From Clostridia bacterium (GTDB lineage: Bacteria; Bacillota; Sulfobacillia; SLMV01): DNA of 64,000 nt. The notes under the pieces are model-generated. The model saw nothing but the letters and a program-made list of their open reading frames with translations. It ran no database searches and had not been told where the DNA came from. Position 1 is the first letter of the stretch; every line of letters begins with the position of its first letter. Positions 49,472 through 58,135 of this stretch are shown here, in pieces. The position numbers and the translations under genes were made by a program. The stretch lies in contig PUMM01000024.1 in assembly GCA_003551365.1 (NCBI GenBank), positions 10,556 to 74,555 of the forward strand, read 5' to 3'.

Positions 49472-50120
49472 GCGAGGCGGACGCATACTGTGCTGTTCCG
49501 ATATTCACGGTCATTTGCATGCGATGCGTGAGGTTCTGCGTCAGGCCGGATGGCGTCCCGCGCAGGATCTTTTGATACTGCTGGGCGACTATGTTGACCG
49601 GGGTCCGCGCCCGCGCCGGGTGGTCGACGAGCTGCGCGTACTGTTGCGCTGCCCGGATGTCATCGCGCTGCGGGGCAATCACGAGGTCATGCTGTGGGAC
49701 TATCTGCAGGGAACGGTTCCGGAGTCGCATTACCTGGGCAACGGCGGAGGTACGACTCTGCGCGATTACCGCGATGACCCGACGGCGCTCCGGGCGGATG
49801 CAGAATTTCTCATGGGTCTGCCACTGTATCATGCGACGGACGACTATATTTTCGTGCACGCCGGTCTGCGCCCCGGTGTGCCGCTGGAGCAGCAGAACGA
49901 GCGAGATCTGGTGTGGATTCGCGACGAATTCGTCACCGGGTACACCGGCGGGCGAACGGTGATCTTCGGTCATTCGCCCACTTCCCTGCTGTTGAACACG
50001 GCGGGAGTTTACTGGGGAACGGACAAGATTGGCATAGACACCGGGGTGGCGTACGGCGGTAGACTCACCCTGCTGGAACTGCCGTCGGGCGAGACCTACA
50101 GCGCTCCCCCGGACGATTGA
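49464..50120 (+). CDS. Metallophosphoesterase (PPP-family Ser/Thr phosphatase / ApaH-like)
   Basis: SDIHGH, GDYVDRG, GNHE motifs. GTG 49464 overlaps the HAD stop. Confidence 0.85.
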   Translation: MSERGGRILCCSDIHGHLHAMREVLRQAGWRPAQDLLILLGDYVDRGPRPRRVVDELRVLLRCPDVIALRGNHEVMLWDYLQGTVPESHYLGNGGGTTLRDYRDDPTALRADAEFLMGLPLYHATDDYIFVHAGLRPGVPLEQQNERDLVWIRDEFVTGYTGGRTVIFGHSPTSLLLNTAGVYWGTDKIGIDTGVAYGGRLTLLELPSGETYSAPPDD

Positions 50121-50137
50121 TGAGGTGAAGTGAATCC

Positions 50138-50795
50138 ATGAACTCGCCCCTGCAGTACCCGAATACAAAACTGTATTTTGTGCGGCACGGACGGACCGAG
50201 TGGAACCGGACCGGCCGCCTGATGGGACAGACGGATATCCCCCTGGACGCAGTGGGTCGAAGCCAGGCGCACAGTGCAGCGCGATGGATGCGGGCACTGC
50301 CCATTGAGCGCGTGTACGCCAGTCCCCTGGCGCGGGCGCGGGAAACCGGCAGAATTCTGGCCGAACACCTGGAGGTGCCGTTCTCGGAGGACGAGCGCTG
50401 GCGTGAGGTGGACATGGGTGTCCTGGCCGGCCTGACCTGGTCGGAGGTGGAGGAGTCGCACCCGGATTTTGTGCAGGCCCGGCAGGTCGACCCGGCCAGT
50501 GCGGCCCGCCTGGACGGCGAATCGGATCAGGTCATGCAGCGGCGGGCCGTGGATGCATTCATCGATGTGATTCGCGAATGCGCCGGCCGCACGGTTGCAG
50601 TGGCCAGCCACGGGGGGCACCATCAAGGCGGTGCTGGCCTACATACTGGACATGCCCCTGGGGGACAAATGGCGGCTGCAGATTGCCAACGGGTCGGTGA
50701 CCCGGTTGCGCTGCAGCCGGCGCGGCTGGCAGATCGAATTGTTGAACTACACCGATCATCTGCGTGATGTAAGAGAAGGTGGATCGCCGGAGTAG
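50138..50795 (+). pseudogene. Histidine phosphatase (phosphoglycerate-mutase-like) gene interrupted by a +1 frameshift in a G6 run
   Basis: RHG motif FVRHGRTEWN. The frame-1 product ends ...VASHGG, then becomes nonsense. The next frame continues TIKAVLAYILDMPLG...ELLNYTDHL. Removing one G of 50612-50617 restores ...SHGGTIKAVL... Confidence 0.8.
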
Positions 50796-51572
50796 TCCAG
50801 GTGATGCTGCGGCGACGACATGCCGGGAGAGATGCCACCTGGCCACTGGATACCGCAGGTACAGCTGTGCGGCCCGCCGCCAGCGGCGCACACCGGTTCA
50901 TTGGGCGGATGAACGCAGGTATGCTCGGGAGATATTTGGCAGCAGCGCGTGTGCGATGCGCGGATCCGCCCGGATCCCGCCCCGGCCGCCTGGACCGTGA
51001 CATCTGTCGCGCAGCGGCCGGGAGACAGACCGGATGCGGGTCTGCCCTGCGCCGGCGCCCGACCCACCTCACATCGGACCGGATTGGACCGGGCACCGGC
51101 CCGGACGGTCATGTACTCATCACTACCCTGCCATTCGTGTCATACCGTAGCCCCATCTACGCATTGCTGCTGCGCTCATTTCGCCTTTCACTGCTGCCGA
51201 TAATGTGATGTGCCCATCCCACGGCAGAGGGGCGCTGGCCAGCTGCTACAGTGCGTCACGACTGCTCCGGGGCTACTTCTGAGCGGTGAACTGTGCGGGA
51301 GGCTGCGGGGTTGACCCGACAGAGGTCTGGCCCATCGTACTCCCATCTGCAGCCCCATCGTACCCAGTGCCCGGGGCACTGAAGTGCAGGAGAACCCCGG
51401 GGCAGATAGAGCGTATCTGCCGGTGGGAAATGATGCGCCCAGTTTCAACGGCACGGGCTGCGAAGTTCGCACATTTGCCCGTTGCCCCGCAGCTCTTCAG
51501 CTTACCTCCAGTCAGTGAGGGGCGAATGTCGGTTTGCAGTCCCTCCCGGGTGACGGATTCAGGTGGCCGCAT

Positions 51573-51600
51573 TAAAGTTTGCGCCCAGCTTTCTCGATGT
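51573..51600 (+). promoter_or_regulatory. Sigma-D-like promoter candidate for the MCP gene
   Basis: TAAA (51573-51576), 17 nt, TCGATGT (51594-51600). TAAAGTTTGCG is identical to the flagellin promoter -35 region. ~105 nt upstream of ATG 51707. Confidence 0.4.
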
Positions 51601-51706
51601 ATTCAGTGAAAGGCAAATCAGCTGGTCGGGGAACATGTCCCTTCCGCCGCCCTATCCATCTTGCGGCTGGCAGGCCAGCGACACTGCGGTATACGGGAGG
51701 ATTTCC

Positions 51707-53956
51707 ATGCGACGACTTTATGACTATTACAGGGAGTCACTGATGGTGAAACTGGCGCTATTGTTCCTGCTGTTCGGGCTGCTTCCGGCGGGGGCAATTG
51801 CCCTGGTGAGCCAGCAGACGGCGACGGATTCGCTGGAGGATCAATCATTTGCCACCCTGCAGATGCTGGTGGATATCATCGATGAGGAGATAGAGGAATT
51901 CTTCGACGAGCGCGAGGGAGACGTACAGGTCATGGCGGACAACCCGAGCATATATCGGTCCCTCGGCACGCTGCAGGACCCGACGGCGGACAGGACGGAG
52001 GAAAATGCGGCTGAGGCAGATATAGAGGAGGTCCTGGAGTCGGTCGCGGCCACCTATGGCTATGGGTCGGCCTTTGTCACCGATTCCGACGGCGTGGCCG
52101 TGGTTGCCACCGACGATGACCTCGATGGGGCCGATCTCAGCGATCGTGACTATGTACAGGGTGCCCTGGGCGGTTCGGTGACCTGGTCTGAGCCGTTTTA
52201 TTCCGATGTGATTCACGCCAACTGCCTCACCCTGGCCGCGCCGGTGCGGAACGATGGAGAGACCATCGGCAGCGTTGTGGCGCTCTTCGAGCAGGCCTAT
52301 CTGGATGACATCGTACACGGGGGCATTGAGGGCGTATGGGAGACGGGGGATGCCTATCTGATAGATGAGTCGGGCACCCTGATGACCAACACTCTCCTCG
52401 GGGATTACCGGGAAGGCGCCGCTTTGGATGTGCAGATAGGGCACCAGGCGGTGGACATGCTGTCTGAGCCCATCCGCGCCGGCCGGGCCGACTTCACCGA
52501 CCAGGGTCTGTACGATGACTACCTCGGTGAGCCCGTCCTGGGCACGCTGGCGGTGACCGAGATGGGTGATCGGCCCTACGGTCTGGTCGTGGAGCTGTAT
52601 GAGGAAGAAATAATGGCGCCCGTGCAGCAGGCCACCCTGATGATCGGCCTGGCCATGGCCATAGCAGCTGCGGCCATAATCGGGGCGGGTATCTGGGTCG
52701 GTCGCGGCATGGCCAATCCACTGATTGCGGTCAACGAGCAGCTTTCCGAGCTGGCGGCCGGGGGCGGAGACCTCACCCGCAAGATTGACATAGAGCGGTC
52801 GGACGAAATTGGCCAGGTCGCGGAAAACTGCAATTCTTTCATCGGCAAGATAAGGGACATCATCGTTGACGTGGTTCAGGCCACCGGGGAGACGCGCGAT
52901 ACCGGGGATGACATGGTGAAACTGTCGTCCACCGGTCTGGACAACATGGCGCGCGCGGCCAAATCCAGCGCCGAGATGCGGGAAGAGGCCCAACGTCAGG
53001 CGGAGATGACCAATGATGCCACGTCCAACACCCGGCAGGTGTCGGAGGGCGTGGAGCAGGTGGCCTCCGGTGCACAGGAGCAGGCCACCAGCATAGAGGA
53101 CGCGCAGAACATGATCGTGGAGATGATGGAAGAGGTCGAGGCGAATCAGGGTCAGATGGAGAGCGCCACGGAAACGGCGGAACGCAGTGCCCGAAGGGCG
53201 GACGTCGGGGTAGAGGCCATCGATGAGGTCGACCGCGTGGTCAACCAGGTCAATGAGACCGCGCAGGAGACCAATGAGACCATGGAAGAGATGCGCACAT
53301 CCTCGGAAGAGATCGGCAAGATCACCGACATGATCCGCGACGTCTCCGATCAGACCAACCTGTTGGCTCTCAATGCGGCCATCGAAGCCGTGCGGGCCGG
53401 CGAGGCCGGGCAGGGTTTCACGGTGCTGGCCGAGGAGATCCGCAGCCTGGCGGAGCGAGCCTCCTCTGCCACGGAGGAGATCAGCAGCATAACCGGCAAG
53501 ATGCGCGAGTTGATACAGACTGCCGCCGAGGGTTCCGACAAGTCCGTGGAGGCCATCTCCGCCACCACCGAGAGTACCGACAATGCCCACTCGGTGATCG
53601 ATGAGATGCGCCAGGCCTCCGAGGAGACGCAGGAGGCCATGGAGACGCTGACCGAATCATTCGGTGAACTGAAGGACAACATGGAGAGGGTTACCGAATC
53701 CATGCAGTCGGTCTCCAGCGTGGTACAGGAAAACACCGCGGCCACGGAGGAGATGGCGGCGGGCAGTCAGGAAGTGGCCGAAACCATGGATCAGATGTCC
53801 GATGGAGCCGACTCCACCACGGAAAGTGCCACCGAACTCAGCGAACTCACGCAGAAACAGGAAGAACTCATGAATGACGTTTCAGAGGCGGCCAACCGCA
53901 CTCTGGGCGCCGCGCAGAAGGTGGAAGAGCTGCTGGGTCAGTTCAAGACCGAGTAG
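51707..53956 (+). CDS. Methyl-accepting chemotaxis protein with a large extracytoplasmic (Cache-like) sensor
   Basis: Two TM helices flank a ~300-aa sensor, then HAMP, then signalling hairpin [39 protein letters not shown] 51707 has GGGAGGA upstream. The track start 51563 contains the promoter. Confidence 0.94.
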   Translation: MRRLYDYYRESLMVKLALLFLLFGLLPAGAIALVSQQTATDSLEDQSFATLQMLVDIIDEEIEEFFDEREGDVQVMADNPSIYRSLGTLQDPTADRTEENAAEADIEEVLESVAATYGYGSAFVTDSDGVAVVATDDDLDGADLSDRDYVQGALGGSVTWSEPFYSDVIHANCLTLAAPVRNDGETIGSVVALFEQAYLDDIVHGGIEGVWETGDAYLIDESGTLMTNTLLGDYREGAALDVQIGHQAVDMLSEPIRAGRADFTDQGLYDDYLGEPVLGTLAVTEMGDRPYGLVVELYEEEIMAPVQQATLMIGLAMAIAAAAIIGAGIWVGRGMANPLIAVNEQLSELAAGGGDLTRKIDIERSDEIGQVAENCNSFIGKIRDIIVDVVQATGETRDTGDDMVKLSSTGLDNMARAAKSSAEMREEAQRQAEMTNDATSNTRQVSEGVEQVASGAQEQATSIEDAQNMIVEMMEEVEANQGQMESATETAERSARRADVGVEAIDEVDRVVNQVNETAQETNETMEEMRTSSEEIGKITDMIRDVSDQTNLLALNAAIEAVRAGEAGQGFTVLAEEIRSLAERASSATEEISSITGKMRELIQTAAEGSDKSVEAISATTESTDNAHSVIDEMRQASEETQEAMETLTESFGELKDNMERVTESMQSVSSVVQENTAATEEMAAGSQEVAETMDQMSDGADSTTESATELSELTQKQEELMNDVSEAANRTLGAAQKVEELLGQFKTE

Positions 53957-53987
53957 AGGTGCGGCGCGAATGCAGTCGCCGCATGGT

Positions 53988-54018
53988 CCGGCGGAGGGGC
54001 GTACCGCTCCTCCGCCGG
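53988..54018 (+). terminator. Strong hairpin after the MCP gene
   Basis: CCGGCGGAGG/CCTCCGCCGG 10-bp stem with further inner pairing, preceded by a second hairpin TGCGGCG/CGCCGCA. Confidence 0.5.
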
Positions 54019-54185
54019 GAGTCATTATCCGCTGCACGCTGGGATATACAGGGAGACAATCGAGAAAATGCAGGAATGGTGCGAGGCGCACCGAACTATC
54101 CACATCGGCGTCAGCGCCGTGATTCGCTCGTTTTTGGTGCAATATATGATGCATCTGTGCAATTTTAAAGGATTAAGGGATCATG

Positions 54186-54233
54186 TCGACAAATGTAATA
54201 TACGTGAATCTATAATGAGGTAAAATTTGTCGA
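54186..54233. promoter_or_regulatory. 9-bp inverted repeat TCGACAAAT/ATTTGTCGA bracketing a TATAAT box, upstream of the first PAS-GGDEF-HD-GYP gene
   Basis: Arms at 54186-54194 and 54225-54233. TATAAT at 54211-54216. Lies in a locally AT-rich patch. Confidence 0.35.
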
Positions 54234-54271
54234 ACAACAATTGACAGCAGGCCGGGGAGAGGATAGGCAAT

Positions 54272-57200
54272 ATGGCAACTGACGACAGGTGCGAACAAAG
54301 GTTTCTGTTACTGCTGTTTGTGGCTGTACTGGTACTGATGCTTTTCGCCGCCGGCCGGGATAGTGACTTCTGGATGCTGGGAGTCCTGCCGGTGGCCCTC
54401 TCCGGGTACTCCTGCTTTGCTAAGGATATCCTGTCTTTTGTCCGGGATGGTGCGGAAGGTGTAGATGGAGAACGCTCCTCCGCTTCGTCCGGAGAGGGGG
54501 GGCAGGAGGAGGTCGTCGTTCGGTGCACCGCGACCGGAGAAATAACGCATGGAAGGGAAGAGTTTTGCCAGCTCTTTTCTGTGCAGACGGACGAGACCGC
54601 CCCGGACAATCTGTTTCATCACGTGGACGATCGGGGGGAGCTGGCTGACCAGCTGTCCGGCCTGCACCCCGATGATCCCCTGGTTACCCTGCAGTGTGAT
54701 ATCCGTACCTCCGGAGACGAGCAGCTGCGCCAGCGCTGGACGGTGGGAGCCTTTTTCAATGCACGGGGTGAGGTGATGGAGTATCAGGTGACCGCCCGGA
54801 ACGTCGACCGGCGGCAGTGGAGTGCGGCCAGGTTGGGACGACTCATCGAAAACGCTCCCGACATGATTGTCCTATATGATACCAGCTTCCGCCACATATA
54901 CTGCAACCGGGCGGTGGAGCACCACTTTGGGGTTTCCCGCGATTTCTTCCTGGGCCGGACGTTCAGTGATTTGCGACAAGAGCCCCATTATGGGCACTAT
55001 CGAGAAACTGCGCGCACTATGGAGAGGACACTGCAGACATGCCTCCGGGAAGGGCAGCCGCAGGAGCTGCAGGTGGAACTGCCCTTTGCCGAGCGGGGAC
55101 GATATTTCGATACCCGCCTGGTTCCGCAGTTCGACCCCGCCGGCGAAGTGGTGGCCATTCAGGTCATTGCGCGGGATATTACCGAGCAGGTGTGGGCGAA
55201 AGAGGAACTGCGGCAGCGGGCGCGGGAGCACCAGGCGGTGCTGAACGGTACGCAATCGGCCATGTGCCTGGTGCGGGTCATCGATGAGGATACCTTTCGC
55301 TATGTACGGAATAATAAGATGCACGAAGAGGTCACCGGTTTTTCTTCCGCGGAGATCCGGGAAAAAGATTTTGCCGAGGTGGTGGGAGAGGATAATGCTG
55401 CGATAATAGCTCGCCACTACCGGGCATGCGCCCGGCGGAAGGCGGTGGTGACCTATGAGGAGACCCTGAGTCTTCCCACCGGGGAGAAGACCTGGCGCAC
55501 AACCCTCACTCCGCTGATTAACTCCTCTGGCTGCGTCACGCACATAGTGGGTATGGCTCACGACATCACCAGGTTGAAGGAGCAGGAGAACCAGCTCAGG
55601 AGACTGGTGCGGGACCAGAACATAATCCTCAGCAGCGTCGATACCCACATCTGGTATCTGCGCGATCCCCACACATATGGGGGAGCCAATGAGGTACACG
55701 CACAGTTCTGGGGGTTGGATGTGGGAGACCTGGAGGGCAGGCCGCTCTCTGAAACGAGAGAGGAGGAGGATCTCAGAGCCTGTCTTGCGGCGAATAGAGA
55801 GGTTTTCTGCACTGCAAAGACCTACCGCGGACAGGAGTGGGTGACCGACGGTGCCGGAGAGAAGCGGTTCATGGATGTCACGAAGACCCCGCACATAAAT
55901 GAGTGGGGTGAAGTGGAGTACGTCATCTGTTCGGCCAATGATATTACCGAGCAGAGGGAGTTGGAGGAAAACCTGCGTCAGCGGGAACAACAGTTTTTGG
56001 CACTGGCCGAAAACTCGCCCGATCTCATAACCCGGGTGGATCGCAATCTGCGCCGCGTCTATACCAATCCCAGGGTGAAGGAGTATCTGGGCGTGGAGCG
56101 AGATGATGCGGTGGGCAAAAACAATGAGGAACTGGGAATATCGCCTCCCATGTCACAGGAATGGGAGGCGGCCGTCTCCCGGGTGTTCTCCTCGGGAGAA
56201 TCTGTGGAGACGGAGCTGACCTCCGAGCACAACGGCGTCAGTAGGTTCTTCCACACCCGCCTGGCTCCGGAGTTTTCCCCCGACGGGAGGGTGGAGTCGG
56301 TTGTCAGTGCGACCAGAGAGATCACCAGATTGAAGAAAGCGGAACGGCAGCTTCATCACAGCGAGAAACGTCTGCAAAATGTGCTGGCGCTGATTCCGGA
56401 TATGATATCCATTCAGGATCCCGAGATGAACATCGTCTACAGCAACTGGAACGGCTTCGGGGCGGTACCCGAGGAGGACCGGGTGCTCGGCCGAAAGTGC
56501 TACCGGACCTATCGGGACCGGGACAGTATCTGTCCGGACTGCCGCGCCGTGCGCGCACTGCATACCGGCGAGGTCGTGCGGGAAGAGGTCGAGCTGCCGA
56601 CAGGATGGTTTGAGGTGCGGGCCATTCCCGTGCGGGGTGATGATGGCGAAGTAGAACTGCTAATCGAATGGGTCAGAGATATAACTGACCAGAAGGAGCG
56701 GGAGCAGGACCTGCTCTACCGGAAGAATCTCCTGCAGGGCATCCTCGACGGGATCTCCGATGTTGTGGCCATTCAGGATACCGACCACAGAATAGAGCAG
56801 TACAACCGGGCGGGCTATGAACTACTGGGAATGACGCACGAGGAGGTGCAGGGCAGGCGCTGCTACGAACTGCTGGGCCGGGAGAGCGAATGCCCCGAAT
56901 GCGCCACCCGGGAGGCGCTGCGCACCGGTGAGTTTCAGCAGATTGCCAGGTATGTACCGGAGCTGGAACTGTATCTGGACTGGCGCAGCAACCCCGTGTT
57001 TGACGAAAACGGTGAGCTGGTGCGGGTAGTGGAGCAGCTGCGCGACATAACCGAGGAGAAGAAAATGCAGCAGAAGATGCGCTACATGAGTTTTCACGAT
57101 CGGCTGACCGGTCTTTACAATCGGCGCTTTTTGGAGCAAGAGATGGACAGACTGGACAGTGATCGCCAGTTTCCCTTGAGCCTCATTATGGCAGATGTCA

Positions 57201-58105
57201 ATGGGCTCAAGCTGGTCAACGAGACTTACGGCCATGACACCGGCGACCGTATGCTGGCGCGGGTGGCCGGTATACTGCAGGATTCCTGTCGCAGCGATGA
57301 CATCATCGGCCGGTGGGGTGGCGACGAGTTCGTCGTGGTGCTCCCCCGAACCGATGCCACCCAGGCGAAAGGAATCGCTCACAGGATCCGACGGGCCACC
57401 GGAGGCACATACATAGACGAACTTCCCATCTCGGTGGTGGTGGGGGTTGGAGTCAAGGAAGACGCCGATCAGTCCATGATGCAGGTCCTGAGCGATGCCG
57501 AAAATGATATGTACAAGAACAAGCTCACCGCCAGCAGTAGTCAGAAGAGCGTCATCGTGGATGCCTTTTTGCGCATGCTGCGGGAGAACAGCTTTGAGAC
57601 AGAGGAGCACACCAGAAGGATGACTGACCTGGCCACGCGTATCGGGGAGAGAATTGGTCTATCCGAATCGGAGATGCACCGGCTGGTGCTGCTGGTTCGT
57701 CTGCACGACATAGGCAAGACCAGCGTGTCACAGGACATACTCACCAAGGAGGAAAGCCTCACCCCCGAGGAATGGGAGGCGGTCAAGGAGCATCCGGAGG
57801 TCGGCTACCGGATAGCGCGCTCGACCGAGGAGTTCTCGCATGTGGCGGAGGAGATCCTGACACATCACGAGCGCTGGGATGGGACCGGATACCCGCAGGG
57901 TCTGCAGGGAGAGGAGATACCCCTGCTCGCCCGCATCGTGGCAATCGCCGATGCCTACGAGGTCATGATCAACGGTCGACCATACAGTACGACCAAGTCA
58001 CACGAAGAGGTTGTCGCCGAATTGCGGCGGTGTGCCGGCAGTCAGTTCGATCCGCAGCTGATCCCGGAGGCAGTTGAATGCATTGAGGGGTCGGCCGATG
58101 AGTAG
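54272..58105 (+). CDS. Membrane-anchored multi-PAS sensor with GGDEF (diguanylate cyclase) and HD-GYP (phosphodiesterase) domains
   Basis: Two N-terminal TM helices. Many PAS modules ending in DIT(E/D)xK linkers. RSDD I-site plus GGDEF. LHDIGK, HHERWDGTGYPQGL. Confidence 0.95.
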   Translation: MATDDRCEQRFLLLLFVAVLVLMLFAAGRDSDFWMLGVLPVALSGYSCFAKDILSFVRDGAEGVDGERSSASSGEGGQEEVVVRCTATGEITHGREEFCQLFSVQTDETAPDNLFHHVDDRGELADQLSGLHPDDPLVTLQCDIRTSGDEQLRQRWTVGAFFNARGEVMEYQVTARNVDRRQWSAARLGRLIENAPDMIVLYDTSFRHIYCNRAVEHHFGVSRDFFLGRTFSDLRQEPHYGHYRETARTMERTLQTCLREGQPQELQVELPFAERGRYFDTRLVPQFDPAGEVVAIQVIARDITEQVWAKEELRQRAREHQAVLNGTQSAMCLVRVIDEDTFRYVRNNKMHEEVTGFSSAEIREKDFAEVVGEDNAAIIARHYRACARRKAVVTYEETLSLPTGEKTWRTTLTPLINSSGCVTHIVGMAHDITRLKEQENQLRRLVRDQNIILSSVDTHIWYLRDPHTYGGANEVHAQFWGLDVGDLEGRPLSETREEEDLRACLAANREVFCTAKTYRGQEWVTDGAGEKRFMDVTKTPHINEWGEVEYVICSANDITEQRELEENLRQREQQFLALAENSPDLITRVDRNLRRVYTNPRVKEYLGVERDDAVGKNNEELGISPPMSQEWEAAVSRVFSSGESVETELTSEHNGVSRFFHTRLAPEFSPDGRVESVVSATREITRLKKAERQLHHSEKRLQNVLALIPDMISIQDPEMNIVYSNWNGFGAVPEEDRVLGRKCYRTYRDRDSICPDCRAVRALHTGEVVREEVELPTGWFEVRAIPVRGDDGEVELLIEWVRDITDQKEREQDLLYRKNLLQGILDGISDVVAIQDTDHRIEQYNRAGYELLGMTHEEVQGRRCYELLGRESECPECATREALRTGEFQQIARYVPELELYLDWRSNPVFDENGELVRVVEQLRDITEEKKMQQKMRYMSFHDRLTGLYNRRFLEQEMDRLDSDRQFPLSLIMADVNGLKLVNETYGHDTGDRMLARVAGILQDSCRSDDIIGRWGGDEFVVVLPRTDATQAKGIAHRIRRATGGTYIDELPISVVVGVGVKEDADQSMMQVLSDAENDMYKNKLTASSSQKSVIVDAFLRMLRENSFETEEHTRRMTDLATRIGERIGLSESEMHRLVLLVRLHDIGKTSVSQDILTKEESLTPEEWEAVKEHPEVGYRIARSTEEFSHVAEEILTHHERWDGTGYPQGLQGEEIPLLARIVAIADAYEVMINGRPYSTTKSHEEVVAELRRCAGSQFDPQLIPEAVECIEGSADE

Positions 58106-58135
58106 TCATTTCACTGTCGTGGAGGGAACTGTCGT

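Noticed and set aside
50842-50848. GCCACTG plus nearby GGGAGAG suggested a cobalamin riboswitch next to the cobC-like phosphatase.
   Set aside because: No B12 box and no GGTGAAAATCC-type core. This is an isolated 7-mer match.
51196-51203. Perfect sigma-D -10 octamer GCCGATAA inside the orphan region.
   Set aside because: No TAAA-like -35 at 15-17 nt and no downstream gene. A single 8-mer is insufficient.
50801-51208. 135-aa + strand ORF and other 60-160-aa ORFs in the 50.8-51.6 kb gap as real genes.
   Set aside because: Arg/Pro/Ala-rich, no SD, no motif, and overlapping each other in several frames. The region is treated as non-coding or decayed.
51563-51706. Longer N-terminus for the MCP (track ORF starts at 51563).
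   Set aside because: The extension has no SD, contains the sigma-D-like promoter, and encodes no plausible protein sequence. ATG 51707 has GGGAGGA and is followed immediately by the first TM helix.
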